From positions 25,281 through 89,280 of the forward strand of contig MEKT01000147.1 in the NCBI GenBank assembly GCA_001767435.1: a DNA stretch of 64,000 nt, given 5' to 3'. This DNA comes from Acidobacteria bacterium RIFCSPLOWO2_02_FULL_65_29. GTDB taxonomy: Bacteria > Acidobacteriota > Vicinamibacteria > Vicinamibacterales > CAVVIG01. A program made the translations under genes and the position numbers. How positions within the stretch are numbered: position 1 is the first letter of the stretch; each line of letters opens with the position of its first letter. Shown here piece by piece: positions 10,458-19,571 of this stretch. The notes below the pieces were generated by a model. That model saw nothing but the letters and a program-made list of their open reading frames with translations. It was not told the DNA's origin and made no database searches.

Positions 10458-12506
10458 TCACCACAGGTAATACCCCACGATCAACACGACGCCCAGGAAG
10501 AACGACGCCGCGTAGGCTCGGACCGATCCGGTCTGCGCTCGCCGCAGAATCGCGCTCGATCCCCAGACGCTGTCGCCAACGCCGTTGACGGCGCCGTCGA
10601 TGCCGCGTGCGTCCACCACTCGCCAGAGGCCGTGCTCGGAGACGAGACGAATCGGTTGGACGATCGCCGCGTCGTATATCTCGTCCACGTAGTACTTGTT
10701 GAGGAGCATGGCGCGAACGCCGGGGAACCGCTCCGCGACGGCGCGTGCCAGGTCGCGGCGCTTCAGAAAGCACACCGCGGCGACGGCGATGCCGGTGAAT
10801 GCCACGACCGAGGACACGGCCATCAGCGCGAGCTCCCCGCGCTCCGATCCGCCCGCCGCCTCGCCTGTTCCGGCGTCCGGCTGAAGCTGGGCCTCTTCGA
10901 AGCTCGGGGCGAGGAAACGCTCCCACGGATTGGAGCCGCCGAGCGCGTGCGGAAGGCCCGCGTAGCCGGCCACGACCGATCCGAACGCCAGCACGATCAG
11001 CGCCAGCGCCATCGCCGGCGGAGCATCGTGCACGTGTCGGTGGACGGTCGCCGGGGACTCGGGACTCGCCGCCTCCGCGGCCTCGCCGCTTTGGCGTGCC
11101 ACGCCATCGCTCGTCGCCAATTCCGGCGAGCGAAGGCCGGAGGCTCGGGAGTCGGGTTCTGCCTGAGCGCGCTCGCCGTGAAAGGCCAGAAACACGAGCC
11201 GGAACATGTAGATCGCCGTCAGAAGCGACGTCGCCAACCCGAGTGCCCACAGAAACGTGTGGCCCCCGGCATACGTGCGGTACAGAATTTCGTCCTTGCT
11301 GAAAAACCCCGCGAGCCCAGGCACGCCGGCAATCGCGACGGCGCCGATCACAAACGTCCAATACGTGACGGGCAGCTCCTTGCGAAGGCCGCCCATCCGC
11401 CGGAGATCCTGCTCGCCCGCCAGCGCGTGGATGACCGCGCCCGATCCCAGAAACAGAAGCGCCTTGAAGAACGCGTGGGTGTACAGATGAAGGATGCCCG
11501 CCGCGTACGCGCCGACGCCCATCGCCAGGAACATGAACCCGAGTTGCGACACCGTCGAGTACGCGAGCACGCGCTTGATGTCGTTCTGCACGAGCCCGAC
11601 GGTTCCGGCCAGAAACGCTGTCACCGCTCCGACGCCGGCGACCAGCGACAGCGTCTCGGGCGCGTGGCTGAACAGCACCGCGTTTCGGCCAATCATGTAG
11701 ACACCGGCCGTCACCATCGTCGCCGCATGAATGAGCGCCGACACCGGAGTCGGGCCTTCCATGGCGTCCGGCAGCCAGACGTGCAGAGGAATCTGCGCTG
11801 ATTTGCCGGTGGCGCCCACAAACAGCAGCAGCGTCATGACCGAGAGCGTGCCGAACGCCGTCTCGGGCGCGACCTGCGAGGCAGCGCGCGCGACCGCCTG
11901 GAAATCGACCGTTCCGAAGCGGCCGTAGACGAGCAGCACGCCGAGAATGAATCCGAAGTCGCCAACGCGGTTGACGATGAAGGCTTTCTTGCCGGCGTCG
12001 GAGGCCGAACGCTTGACGTACCAGAAGCCGATGAGCAGGTACGAGCAGAGACCCACACCCTCCCACCCGACGAACATCACCAGGAAGTTCGAGCCGAGCA
12101 CCAGCACGAGCATGAAACTGGCGAACAGGTTGAGGTACGAGAAATAGCGCGCGTACTCCGCGTCGCGCTCGCCGTGCATGTACGCGGTCGAGTAGATGTG
12201 GATGAGCGACCCGATGCCCGTGACCACGAGAATCATGACCGCCGAGAGGGGATCGAGTCGGAGCGAGAAGCTCGCATGGAACTCGCCCGAGCTGATCCAG
12301 TCGAACACGTGCTGGTCGACGACACGGGCCCCTGGGGGAAGCGCTGGAAGCGCTGTCAGGCGCCACACCGAAACAGCCGACACCGCAAACGACGCGAGCA
12401 TCGCCAGGCAGGCGACGCCGCCAGAGACGGACTTCGCCACGCGCCGGCCGAAACCGGCGTTGGCCAGGAAGCCGAGGAACGGCAGCAGAGGAATCAGCAG
12501 CAGCAT
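10458..12506 (-). CDS. nuoL: NADH-quinone oxidoreductase subunit L
   Basis: Antiporter-like subunit with a long C-terminal extension (…WLPDAMEGPTPVSALIHAATMVTAGVYM…). The ORF-track start at 12524 is GTG. The ATG at 12506 (MLLLIPLLPFLGFL) matches canonical NuoL N-termini better. Confidence 0.92.
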   Translation of the reverse strand: MLLLIPLLPFLGFLANAGFGRRVAKSVSGGVACLAMLASFAVSAVSVWRLTALPALPPGARVVDQHVFDWISSGEFHASFSLRLDPLSAVMILVVTGIGSLIHIYSTAYMHGERDAEYARYFSYLNLFASFMLVLVLGSNFLVMFVGWEGVGLCSYLLIGFWYVKRSASDAGKKAFIVNRVGDFGFILGVLLVYGRFGTVDFQAVARAASQVAPETAFGTLSVMTLLLFVGATGKSAQIPLHVWLPDAMEGPTPVSALIHAATMVTAGVYMIGRNAVLFSHAPETLSLVAGVGAVTAFLAGTVGLVQNDIKRVLAYSTVSQLGFMFLAMGVGAYAAGILHLYTHAFFKALLFLGSGAVIHALAGEQDLRRMGGLRKELPVTYWTFVIGAVAIAGVPGLAGFFSKDEILYRTYAGGHTFLWALGLATSLLTAIYMFRLVFLAFHGERAQAEPDSRASGLRSPELATSDGVARQSGEAAEAASPESPATVHRHVHDAPPAMALALIVLAFGSVVAGYAGLPHALGGSNPWERFLAPSFEEAQLQPDAGTGEAAGGSERGELALMAVSSVVAFTGIAVAAVCFLKRRDLARAVAERFPGVRAMLLNKYYVDEIYDAAIVQPIRLVSEHGLWRVVDARGIDGAVNGVGDSVWGSSAILRRAQTGSVRAYAASFFLGVVLIVGYYLW

Positions 12507-12552
12507 CTGACCACAGGCAACCACGAAGGCACGAAGACACGATGTGGTGTGA
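12507..12552 (-). repeat. nuoK-nuoL spacer with CACGAAG repeats
   Basis: Plus strand reads ccacgaaggcacgaagacacgatg. Same word family as the other nuo intercistronic spacers. Confidence 0.6.
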
Positions 12553-12855
12553 TCACCATTTCAGCATCGTGAACGAATCCGGGTTGAGCGACTCTCGATG
12601 GCGGAAGAGGGCGATGACGATCGCCAGGCCGACCGCCGCTTCGGCGGCAGCCACGGTGATCACGAAGAACACGATGATCTGGCCGTCGACCTCTCCGAGC
12701 GCGCGGCCGAACGCCACAAAGGTCAGGTTCACGGCGTTCAGCATGATCTCGATCGACAGGAGGATCGTGATGAGGTTTCGGCGAACGAACACACCCGTGG
12801 CGCCGATCGAAAAGAGCAGCGCCGACAGCACGAGGTAGTCGGTGAGCGTCGGCAT
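12553..12855 (-). CDS. nuoK: NADH-quinone oxidoreductase subunit K
   Basis: 100 aa, three TM helices, …[16 protein letters not shown]… signature. Confidence 0.92.
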   Translation of the reverse strand: MPTLTDYLVLSALLFSIGATGVFVRRNLITILLSIEIMLNAVNLTFVAFGRALGEVDGQIIVFFVITVAAAEAAVGLAIVIALFRHRESLNPDSFTMLKW

Positions 12856-12856
12856 G

Positions 12857-13375
12857 TTACTTCCGCGCCCTTTCGTCGCGGCGCGCGAGCACCACGGCGC
12901 CCACCATGGCCACGAGAATCAGGATGGACGTGACTTCGAACGGAAACGCGTACTCGGTGAAGAGCGCGCGTCCGATCGCGGCGATCGAGCTCAGGCCTGC
13001 TTCGGGAAACGGCGACGGGGCCTCGCCGGCGCGCGTGAGCGCCCACACGAGCTCCACCACCAGCGCCACGGCCAGCAGCGACCCGGCCCGCGTGGGTCCT
13101 GGCCGCGCGAGAGGATGCGTGCGCTCGTCGTACTCAGTGTCTTCGTGCGGCGCGTTGAGCAGCATCACGACGAAGAGGAACAGCACCATGATGGCGCCGG
13201 CGTAGATGATGATCTGGATGGCCGCCACAAACGGCGCGTCGAGCAGGACGTACAGACCCGACAGCGCGCCGAAAGACGCGACCAGCAACAGCACGCTGTA
13301 GATGGGATTCCGCTGCGCGATGACCAGCAGCGACGTCACGACCGCCACGCCGGCAAACACGTAGAACAGCGTCAT
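12857..13375 (-). CDS. nuoJ: NADH-quinone oxidoreductase subunit J
   Basis: 172 aa membrane subunit. Position between nuoH and nuoK. N-terminus [32 protein letters not shown] is typical. Confidence 0.88.
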   Translation of the reverse strand: MTLFYVFAGVAVVTSLLVIAQRNPIYSVLLLVASFGALSGLYVLLDAPFVAAIQIIIYAGAIMVLFLFVVMLLNAPHEDTEYDERTHPLARPGPTRAGSLLAVALVVELVWALTRAGEAPSPFPEAGLSSIAAIGRALFTEYAFPFEVTSILILVAMVGAVVLARRDERARK

Positions 13376-13380
13376 ACAGC

Positions 13381-13408
13381 CACGAAATCACGAAAGCGCG
13401 AACACGAC
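13381..13408 (+). repeat. CACGAAA-family octamers in the nuoH-nuoJ spacer
   Basis: Reading: cacgaaat cacgaaag cgcgaaca cgac. The 49-nt spacer occupies the position where nuoI normally sits. Confidence 0.7.
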
Positions 13409-13424
13409 GTCTCCAGGAAAGGCG

Positions 13425-14450
13425 TCATAGCCCGAAATACAGCACGGCCGCCCCAGTCGCGAGGAGGTTGACCACGGCAACCGGCAGCAGCACCTTCCAG
13501 CCGAATGCCATCAGCTGGTCGTAGCGGTACCGCGGCAGCGTCCAGCGCATCCAGACGTAGAAGAAGAGAATCGCGCCGACTTTGGCGAGGAACCAGATCC
13601 AGCCAAGCGACTCAGGCAGAAATGGACCGTGCCAGCCCCCCAGAAACAAGTCCGCCGCGACCGCCGACACCGTGACCATGTTCACGTACTCGGCGAGAAA
13701 GAACATCGCGAAGCGCATGCTGCTGTATTCGGTGTGGTACCCGGCGACCAGCTCCTGCTCGGCCTCTGGAAAATCGAACGGCGCGCGGTTGGTTTCCGCG
13801 ATGCCGGCGGTCATGAAGATCAGGAAGCCGAGGGGCTGCAGAAACACGAACCACCGCGGGACGACACCAAGCCACGTGCCCGACTGCTGGTTGACGATCT
13901 CGGTCAGCGACAGGGAGTTGCCCAGCAGCAACACACCAGCCAGGGCGAGCCCGTACGACAGCTCGTAGCTGATCATCTGCGCCGACGCGCGCAGACCGCC
14001 GAGCAGCGAGTACTTGTTGTTGGAGCTCCACCCAGCCAGCACGATGCCGTAGACGCCCATCGATGAAATCGCGAACACGATCAGAATCGCCACGTTGACG
14101 TCGGCGACCTGAAGGCTGACCGGCTCGTCCAGCAGCCCGAAGAACGTCGTCGCGGCGCCGAAGGGCACGACGGCAAACGCGGCAAAGGCGGCGGTGGCCG
14201 AGATGACGGGCGCGAGCGTGAAGAGAATGGCGTCGGCCGCGGCCGGCCGCAGCTCCTCCTTGAACATCAGCTTGAGGACGTCCGCAAACGGCTGCAGAAG
14301 CCCCTGCCATCCGACGCGAATCGGGCCGAGCCGCTGCTGCAGCAGCGCCGCCAGGCGCCGCTCCACCCACACCATCGCGGCCGCCGACAGGAGCAGCCCC
14401 TGGAAGACGGCGAGCGTGAGCACGATCTGCGCGACCAGCAGCGGTGTCAT
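13425..14450 (-). CDS. nuoH: NADH-quinone oxidoreductase subunit H
   Basis: ORF trimmed to the internal ATG (MTPLLVAQIVLTLAVF...). Conserved …AETNRAPFDFPEAEQELVAGYHTEYS… motif. Confidence 0.93.
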   Translation of the reverse strand: MTPLLVAQIVLTLAVFQGLLLSAAAMVWVERRLAALLQQRLGPIRVGWQGLLQPFADVLKLMFKEELRPAAADAILFTLAPVISATAAFAAFAVVPFGAATTFFGLLDEPVSLQVADVNVAILIVFAISSMGVYGIVLAGWSSNNKYSLLGGLRASAQMISYELSYGLALAGVLLLGNSLSLTEIVNQQSGTWLGVVPRWFVFLQPLGFLIFMTAGIAETNRAPFDFPEAEQELVAGYHTEYSSMRFAMFFLAEYVNMVTVSAVAADLFLGGWHGPFLPESLGWIWFLAKVGAILFFYVWMRWTLPRYRYDQLMAFGWKVLLPVAVVNLLATGAAVLYFGL

Positions 14451-14466
14451 GCGAAACAGGCGTTGA

Positions 14467-14530
14467 CACGAAATCGCGACAGTGCCAAATCGAAGGCCCT
14501 GAGAACTTTCGTGTTTTCGTGTTTTCGTGG
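14467..14530. repeat. Inverted CACGAAA / TTTCGTG arrays in the nuoF-nuoH spacer
   Basis: cacgaaatcg at 14467 is opposed to tttcgtg ttttcgtg ttttcgtgg at 14507-14530. The 91-nt spacer occupies the position where nuoG normally sits. Confidence 0.8.
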
Positions 14531-14541
14531 CTCCATCTGAC

Positions 14542-15843
14542 TCAGCGCGCTCCCGCCGCATGGCGCGCCCGCCAGGACGCCGGCAGCGTGCAGCGGCCCT
14601 CCCTGATGTGCGCTTCGTATTCGTGCCGGAAGTGCTTCAGCGTCGTCAGCACCGGCGTAATCGCCGCGTCGCCGAACGCGCAGAGCGTCTTGCCGCCGAT
14701 GCTGCCCGAGATGCTCGACAACAGATCGAGATCGCGCATGTGGCCCTCGCCGCGCTCGATTCGACGCAGAATCTTGTGCAACCAGTCGGTGCCCTCGCGG
14801 CACGGGGTGCACTTGCCGCACGACTCGTGGCGGTAGAAGTGCAGGAGGTTCTCGGCCAGCCACACCATGCACGCCGTGTCGTCGAGCACGATGAGACCGG
14901 CCGAGCCCAGCAGCGACCCGGCCTTCTGCACGCCGTCGAAGCTCGCCTGCGCGTCGAGTTGATCCGGCATCAGCATCGGCACCGACGAGCCGCCGGGAAT
15001 GACCGCCTTGAGCGTCCGGCCCTCGCGCACGCCCCCCGCGCAGCCCTCGATGAGCTCGCGGAGCGTCATCGTCATCGATGCTTCGTAGACTCCCGGCCGT
15101 TTCACGTGGCCCGAAATGCAGAAGAGCTTCGGTCCGCCGTTCTTCTCTGGACCGAGCGCGGCGAACCACTCCGCGCCGTTCCTGAGAATCAGAGGCACGT
15201 TGGCGAGCGTCTCGACGTTGTTCACGGCCGTCGGGCAGTTGTACAGCCCGATCACGGCCGGAAACGGCGGCTTGTTCCGCGGCTGCGCGCGCTTGCCTTC
15301 GAGCGACTCGAGAAGCGCCGTCTCCTCGCCGGCCTCGTACGCGCCGGCCCCGCGATGGATGTACACGTCGCAGTCGAACCCCGACCCGAAGACATTCCGG
15401 CCGAGAAAGCCGGCTCGATACGCCTCGTCTATGGCCCGCTCGAGCACGCGCTGCACGTGGAAGAACTCGCCGCGGATGTACACGTAGGCCACCCTGGCGC
15501 CGATGGCATGGCAGGCAATCGCGCAGCCTTCGATCAGCAGGTGCGGATTGCGCTCCATGAGGAGGTGGTCTTTGAACGTTCCCGGCTCGCTCTCGTCGGC
15601 GTTGCACGCGATGTACCTGGGATTGGGCGACCGCTTGTCGACGAATTGCCATTTCATGCCCGTCGGAAAGCCGGCGCCGCCGCGGCCGCGCAGCCCCGAG
15701 GCCTTGACCATCTCGACGACCTGGTCGGGCGTCAGGGCCAGCGCCTTCTTCAGTCCTTCATAGCCCTCGTGCTTCAAGTAGAAATCGAGCGTGAAACAGT
15801 TCGGCTCGCGGACATATTTGGTGAGCAGCGGTTCCATGATCAT
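14542..15843 (-). CDS. nuoF: NADH-quinone oxidoreductase subunit F (NADH/FMN-binding)
   Basis: Trimmed to MIMEPLLTKY... Motifs GLRGRGGAGFPTG (FMN/NADH site) and ESCGKCTPCREG (N3 4Fe-4S). Confidence 0.95.
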   Translation of the reverse strand: MIMEPLLTKYVREPNCFTLDFYLKHEGYEGLKKALALTPDQVVEMVKASGLRGRGGAGFPTGMKWQFVDKRSPNPRYIACNADESEPGTFKDHLLMERNPHLLIEGCAIACHAIGARVAYVYIRGEFFHVQRVLERAIDEAYRAGFLGRNVFGSGFDCDVYIHRGAGAYEAGEETALLESLEGKRAQPRNKPPFPAVIGLYNCPTAVNNVETLANVPLILRNGAEWFAALGPEKNGGPKLFCISGHVKRPGVYEASMTMTLRELIEGCAGGVREGRTLKAVIPGGSSVPMLMPDQLDAQASFDGVQKAGSLLGSAGLIVLDDTACMVWLAENLLHFYRHESCGKCTPCREGTDWLHKILRRIERGEGHMRDLDLLSSISGSIGGKTLCAFGDAAITPVLTTLKHFRHEYEAHIREGRCTLPASWRARHAAGAR

Positions 15844-15850
15844 CACGGGG

Positions 15851-15948
15851 CCACGAAAACACGAAGACACGAAGAAGACCACATGGATCCCTTTCGTGCA
15901 CACGAAGAACACCCTTCGGATCTTTTTCGTGCTTTCGTGATTTCGTGG
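15851..15948. repeat. Inverted heptamer arrays (CACGAAR / YTTCGTG) in the nuoE-nuoF spacer
   Basis: Arm 1 is ccacgaaaacacgaagacacgaagaag (15851-15877). A central mini-palindrome ttcgtgcacacgaa follows. Arm 2 is tctttttcgtgctttcgtgatttcgtgg (15921-15948). The arms are imperfect reverse complements. Confidence 0.85.
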
Positions 15949-15955
15949 CTACCTT

Positions 15956-16564
15956 TCACAAACGTCTCGATTCAACCACATGATGGCAGCCGCTCAGCGC
16001 GGCCTCGCCCCGCGCCCGCAAGTCGTCCAGGAGCTTCGACGCATCCTCGGGCGAGAGGCACTCGTGCCACGCGTCATTCACCATCACGACCGGCGCGCGG
16101 TCGCACGCGCCCAGGCATTCGACTTCGACGACCGTGAAGGTGCCGCTGGGATCGGTCTCGCCCGGCTTGATGCCCAGCTTGCCGCAGATCTCCTCGGTCA
16201 CCCGTTCGGCGCCGTTCAGCGCGCACGGCAGCGTGCGGCACACGTTGATCACGAACGTCCCGACTGGCTTGGTGTGGAACATCGTGTAGTACGACACGAC
16301 GTCCTCGACGTCCGCCGCCGTGATGCCGAGGAGATCGGCCACGTACCGCATCGCGTTGGCCGTCACGTGGCCCTGCTGGTACTGCACGAGATAGAGCGCC
16401 GGCAGAACCGCCGAACGCCGGCGATCGGCCGGATAGCGCACGACGATCGATTCGAAGCGCGCTGTGTTCTCTGGCGTGTACGCGAAGGGTTCTCCGGCTT
16501 CGGTGAGGGTCCGCCCCGATTTGTGAAAGCTGGCGTCGTACGCCATCTTTGGGTGAAAGCTCAT
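15956..16564 (-). CDS. nuoE: NADH-quinone oxidoreductase subunit E (2Fe-2S)
   Basis: 202 aa. Cys pattern …NVCRTLPCALNG…VECLGACDRAP… of the N1a cluster. Overlaps the nuoD stop by 4 nt. Confidence 0.93.
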   Translation of the reverse strand: MSFHPKMAYDASFHKSGRTLTEAGEPFAYTPENTARFESIVVRYPADRRRSAVLPALYLVQYQQGHVTANAMRYVADLLGITAADVEDVVSYYTMFHTKPVGTFVINVCRTLPCALNGAERVTEEICGKLGIKPGETDPSGTFTVVEVECLGACDRAPVVMVNDAWHECLSPEDASKLLDDLRARGEAALSGCHHVVESRRL

Positions 16565-17742
16565 CGGTCCACGTCTCCCATCACGACGTCAACCGATCCG
16601 ATCACGGCGATGAGGTCGGCGATGAGACCGCCGACCGTCATCTTCGCCAGCGCCTGACACGCCAGAAGCGACGGCGCACGCGACTTCACCCGCCACGGAC
16701 GGTTGGTGCCGTCCGACGTGATCGAGAAGCCGTGCTCGCCGCGTGGGCCTTCGACCGGCACGTAGGCTTCGCCGGCTGGCACGGTAAAGCCCTGCGAATA
16801 GATCAGGAAGTGCTGGATGAGCGCCTCCATCTCGGTGTACACGCGGTCCTTGGGGGGCGGCGTGATGCGTGGATCGGCGACCGCCCACGCACCCATCGGC
16901 GTAATGCGCTCGAGCACCTGGCGGCAGATCTTCAGGCTCTCCCGCATCTCCGCGACCCGCACCAGATACCGCGCGTAGACGTCGCCCTCGGTCCGAGTCG
17001 GCACGGCGAAGTCGATCGCGTCGTACCCGAGGTACGGAAACACTTTCCGGACGTCGTAGTCCACGCCCGCCGCGCGCGCAATCGGCCCGACCAGGCTGAA
17101 CGCGATCGCGTCCTCTTTCGAGATCCGCCCGACGCCGCGCGTGCGATCGATGTAGATCCGATTCCGGGTCAGCAGGTCCTCGTATTCGTCGAGCTTCTGA
17201 GGGAAGCGATCGAGAAACGCGCGCACCGCGTCGTGAAAACCGCGCGGCAGATCCTCGCGGAGGCCGCCGACGCGCATGAAGCTCGGGAACATCCGAAAGC
17301 CGGCGATGAGCTCGTTGATGTTGAGCAGGAGCTCGCGCTCGCGGAAGCAGTACAGCATCACCGACACCGCGCCGAGCTCCATCCCGTGCGTGCCGAGCCA
17401 GACCAGATGGCTGTTGATGCGCTGGAGCTCGGCGAGCAGGATGCGGATCCACCGCACGCGCTCCGGCACCTCCAGGCCGAGCAGCTTCTCCACCGACAGG
17501 CAGAACGCCATGCTGTTGGACTGGGCGCTCAGGTAGTCCATCCGCTCGACCAGCGGGATCACCTGCTGCCATTTCTTCTGCTCGGCGGTCTTCTCGATGC
17601 CGGTGTGGAGATAGCCGATCGTCGGCGCCACCGAGCGCACCGTCTCGCCGTCGAGCTCGAGGACCAGCCGCAGCACGCCGTGCGTGCTGGGGTGCTGCGG
17701 CCCCATGTTGACGGTCATCGTCTCGGTGCGAATGTCGGGCAT
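16561..17742 (-). CDS. nuoD: NADH-quinone oxidoreductase subunit D
   Basis: MPDIRTETMTVNMGPQHPSTHGVLRLVLELDGE... The ATG at 17742 is preceded by GGGAGG 8 nt upstream. The ORF-track GTG at 17778 is less likely. Confidence 0.94.
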   Translation of the reverse strand: MPDIRTETMTVNMGPQHPSTHGVLRLVLELDGETVRSVAPTIGYLHTGIEKTAEQKKWQQVIPLVERMDYLSAQSNSMAFCLSVEKLLGLEVPERVRWIRILLAELQRINSHLVWLGTHGMELGAVSVMLYCFRERELLLNINELIAGFRMFPSFMRVGGLREDLPRGFHDAVRAFLDRFPQKLDEYEDLLTRNRIYIDRTRGVGRISKEDAIAFSLVGPIARAAGVDYDVRKVFPYLGYDAIDFAVPTRTEGDVYARYLVRVAEMRESLKICRQVLERITPMGAWAVADPRITPPPKDRVYTEMEALIQHFLIYSQGFTVPAGEAYVPVEGPRGEHGFSITSDGTNRPWRVKSRAPSLLACQALAKMTVGGLIADLIAVIGSVDVVMGDVDR

Positions 17743-17756
17743 GTCCAAACTACCTC

Positions 17757-17837
17757 CCACGGAGGACACAGGGGACACAGAGGTGCCAACCTGCGTGCAA
17801 TCTGGTCCGGCCCTCCCGTCCTCCGCGTCCTCCGTGG
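17757..17837 (-). other. Long-range stem spanning the gmhA-nuoD spacer
   Basis: ccacggaggac (17757-17767) is the exact reverse complement of gtcctccgtgg (17827-17837). GGAGGAC and GTGTCC words repeat in between. The 3' arm of the mRNA abuts the nuoD Shine-Dalgarno sequence. Confidence 0.55.
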
Positions 17838-17847
17838 TGGCGAGCTG

Positions 17848-18426
17848 TCACGACGCAAACGCTCGCTCGACCACATCGCAGATCACATGCAACAGCGTCC
17901 GGTGCACTTCCTGCACGCGCGGGGTCGACTCGGACGGCACGTTGACGTGAATCTCCGCCGCCCGGCCCACCGCTCCGCCGTCGCGGCCCGTCATGGCGAT
18001 CGTGCGAAGTCCGCGCGCACGCGCGGCGTCGAGCGCCGCGACCACATTTGCCGACGCTCCGCTGGTGCTGATGCCAAGGGCCACGTCGCCTTCACGCCCC
18101 AACGCTTCGATCTGACGCGCAAACACGCGATCGTACGCGTAGTCGTTGGCCAGGCTTGTCAGCACGCTCGTGTCTGTCGTGAGCGCGACGGCGGCGAGCG
18201 CCACCCGCTCACGATTGAACCGGCCCACGAGCTCGGCCGCCACATGCTGCGCGTCCGCGGCGCTGCCGCCGTTGCCACACGCCAGGAGCTTCCCGCCGCC
18301 TCGGAGCGCCGCAACGATCGCCGCGGCCGCGTCCAGCACGGGCCGCGGATCCGCCTGACGGACACGCTCGTGGAGCGCCATCGTCTCGGCCAGCGTCGCG
18401 GCAAGCAGATCGGCATTGGCAGTCAC
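17848..18426 (-). CDS. gmhA: Phosphoheptose isomerase (SIS domain, D-sedoheptulose-7-phosphate isomerase)
   Basis: 192 aa. …GGKLLACGNGGSAADAQHVAAELVGRF…ALGISTSGASANV…MTGRDGG… is the GmhA signature. Located between nuoC and nuoD. Confidence 0.88.
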   Translation of the reverse strand: MTANADLLAATLAETMALHERVRQADPRPVLDAAAAIVAALRGGGKLLACGNGGSAADAQHVAAELVGRFNRERVALAAVALTTDTSVLTSLANDYAYDRVFARQIEALGREGDVALGISTSGASANVVAALDAARARGLRTIAMTGRDGGAVGRAAEIHVNVPSESTPRVQEVHRTLLHVICDVVERAFAS

Positions 18427-18464
18427 AACGACGTCACCACCGTGGACACGACCACTTTCACACC

Positions 18465-19010
18465 CTACCGGCGCGACAGCCGGTCTTTCTCGACATTCGC
18501 GCGGAACTCTTCCGCCGTCATCTGGAGCGCTTCGGTTGTCCGCGGCGTCATACGGATCTGCACGGGATAATCCTTCCGGAGCGGAAATCCTTCCCAGTCT
18601 TCCGGCATCAGCAGCCGCCGGGGATCCGGGTGGCCGTCGAAGACGATGCCGAACAGGTCCCAGACCTCGCGCTCGAGCCAGTTGGCAGCCGGCCAGACGT
18701 CGCTGACGGTGTGCACCATGGCGTCGCCTGCATGGAGCGCCACCTTCAGGCGCAAGCGCACGCGGTGCTCGAGCGACACGAGCAGGTACACGACCTCGAA
18801 GCGCGGCTCGCGCGGGTAGAGGTCGACCGCCGTCAACTCGGCCAGGAATGCGAACCGAAGCTCGGGACGATCGCGGAGCGCGCGCGCCAGCGCCGGCACG
18901 TCGTCGCGCGACGCGTACAGGGTCGTCTGCAGATCAACGGTCGGCGCGCGGTCGAGCCGCGCGCCGGGAACGGCGGCCTGCAAGGCCTGGATGAGCGCGG
19001 TCGGGTCCAT
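18465..19010 (-). CDS. nuoC: NADH-quinone oxidoreductase subunit C
   Basis: Trimmed to MDPTALIQALQAAVPG... Motif …NWLEREVWDLFGIVFDGHPDPRRLLMPEDWEGFPLRKDYP…. Confidence 0.92.
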   Translation of the reverse strand: MDPTALIQALQAAVPGARLDRAPTVDLQTTLYASRDDVPALARALRDRPELRFAFLAELTAVDLYPREPRFEVVYLLVSLEHRVRLRLKVALHAGDAMVHTVSDVWPAANWLEREVWDLFGIVFDGHPDPRRLLMPEDWEGFPLRKDYPVQIRMTPRTTEALQMTAEEFRANVEKDRLSRR

Positions 19011-19029
19011 GACCAGCTGTACCCCAGCC

Positions 19030-19494
19030 TTAGGCCAGCTTCTGCTGCGCGATCTTGCGCTGGAGCTGGACGATGCCGTAAATGAGCGATTCGGGGCGGG
19101 GCGGACAACCGGGCACGTAGACGTCAACCGGCACGACTTGATCCACGCCCTGCACGAGCGCGTAGTTGTCGAAGACGCCGCCAATCGACGCGCAGGCGCC
19201 CATGGAGATCACCCATTTGGGCTCGGGCATCTGGTCGTAGATGCGGCGCAGGGCAGGCGCCATCTTGCGCGACAACCGGCCGGCGACGATCATCAAGTCC
19301 GACTGGCGCGGGCTCCCGCGAAAGACTTCCGCACCAAACCGAGCGATGTCGTAACGCGAGCAGCTCATCGACATCATCTCGATGGCACAGCAGGCAAGCC
19401 CAAAGGTGACGGGCCAGATGGACGAGCGACGCGCCCACTGCACCATCTTCTCCACGCTGGTCGTCAGAACCGGGATCTCGAGTTCAGGGCTCAT
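19030..19494 (-). CDS. nuoB: NADH-quinone oxidoreductase subunit B
   Basis: Trimmed to [41 protein letters not shown]... N2-cluster Cys motifs (…GACASIGG…[10 protein letters not shown]…). Confidence 0.94.
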   Translation of the reverse strand: MSPELEIPVLTTSVEKMVQWARRSSIWPVTFGLACCAIEMMSMSCSRYDIARFGAEVFRGSPRQSDLMIVAGRLSRKMAPALRRIYDQMPEPKWVISMGACASIGGVFDNYALVQGVDQVVPVDVYVPGCPPRPESLIYGIVQLQRKIAQQKLA

Positions 19495-19521
19495 CGCAGC
19501 CTGGCTCCTGAAGTTGACCGT

Positions 19522-19562
19522 CCACAGTCGACAGTTGACGGCGCTGTGGACTGTCGACTGTG
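19522..19562. repeat. Palindromic hairpin of the ACAGTCGAC/TTGAC word family (nuoA-nuoB spacer)
   Basis: ccacagtcgacagt (19522-19535) is the reverse complement of actgtcgactgtg (19550-19562). Same word family as the 22064-22145 hairpin. Confidence 0.8.
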
Positions 19563-19571
19563 AACTGTTGA

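Noticed and set aside
14527-18570. ORFs 14527..16137 (+) and 16549..18570 (+) antisense to nuoF, nuoE, nuoD and gmhA
   Set aside because: Shadow ORFs. The opposite strand carries unambiguous complex I and GmhA signatures.
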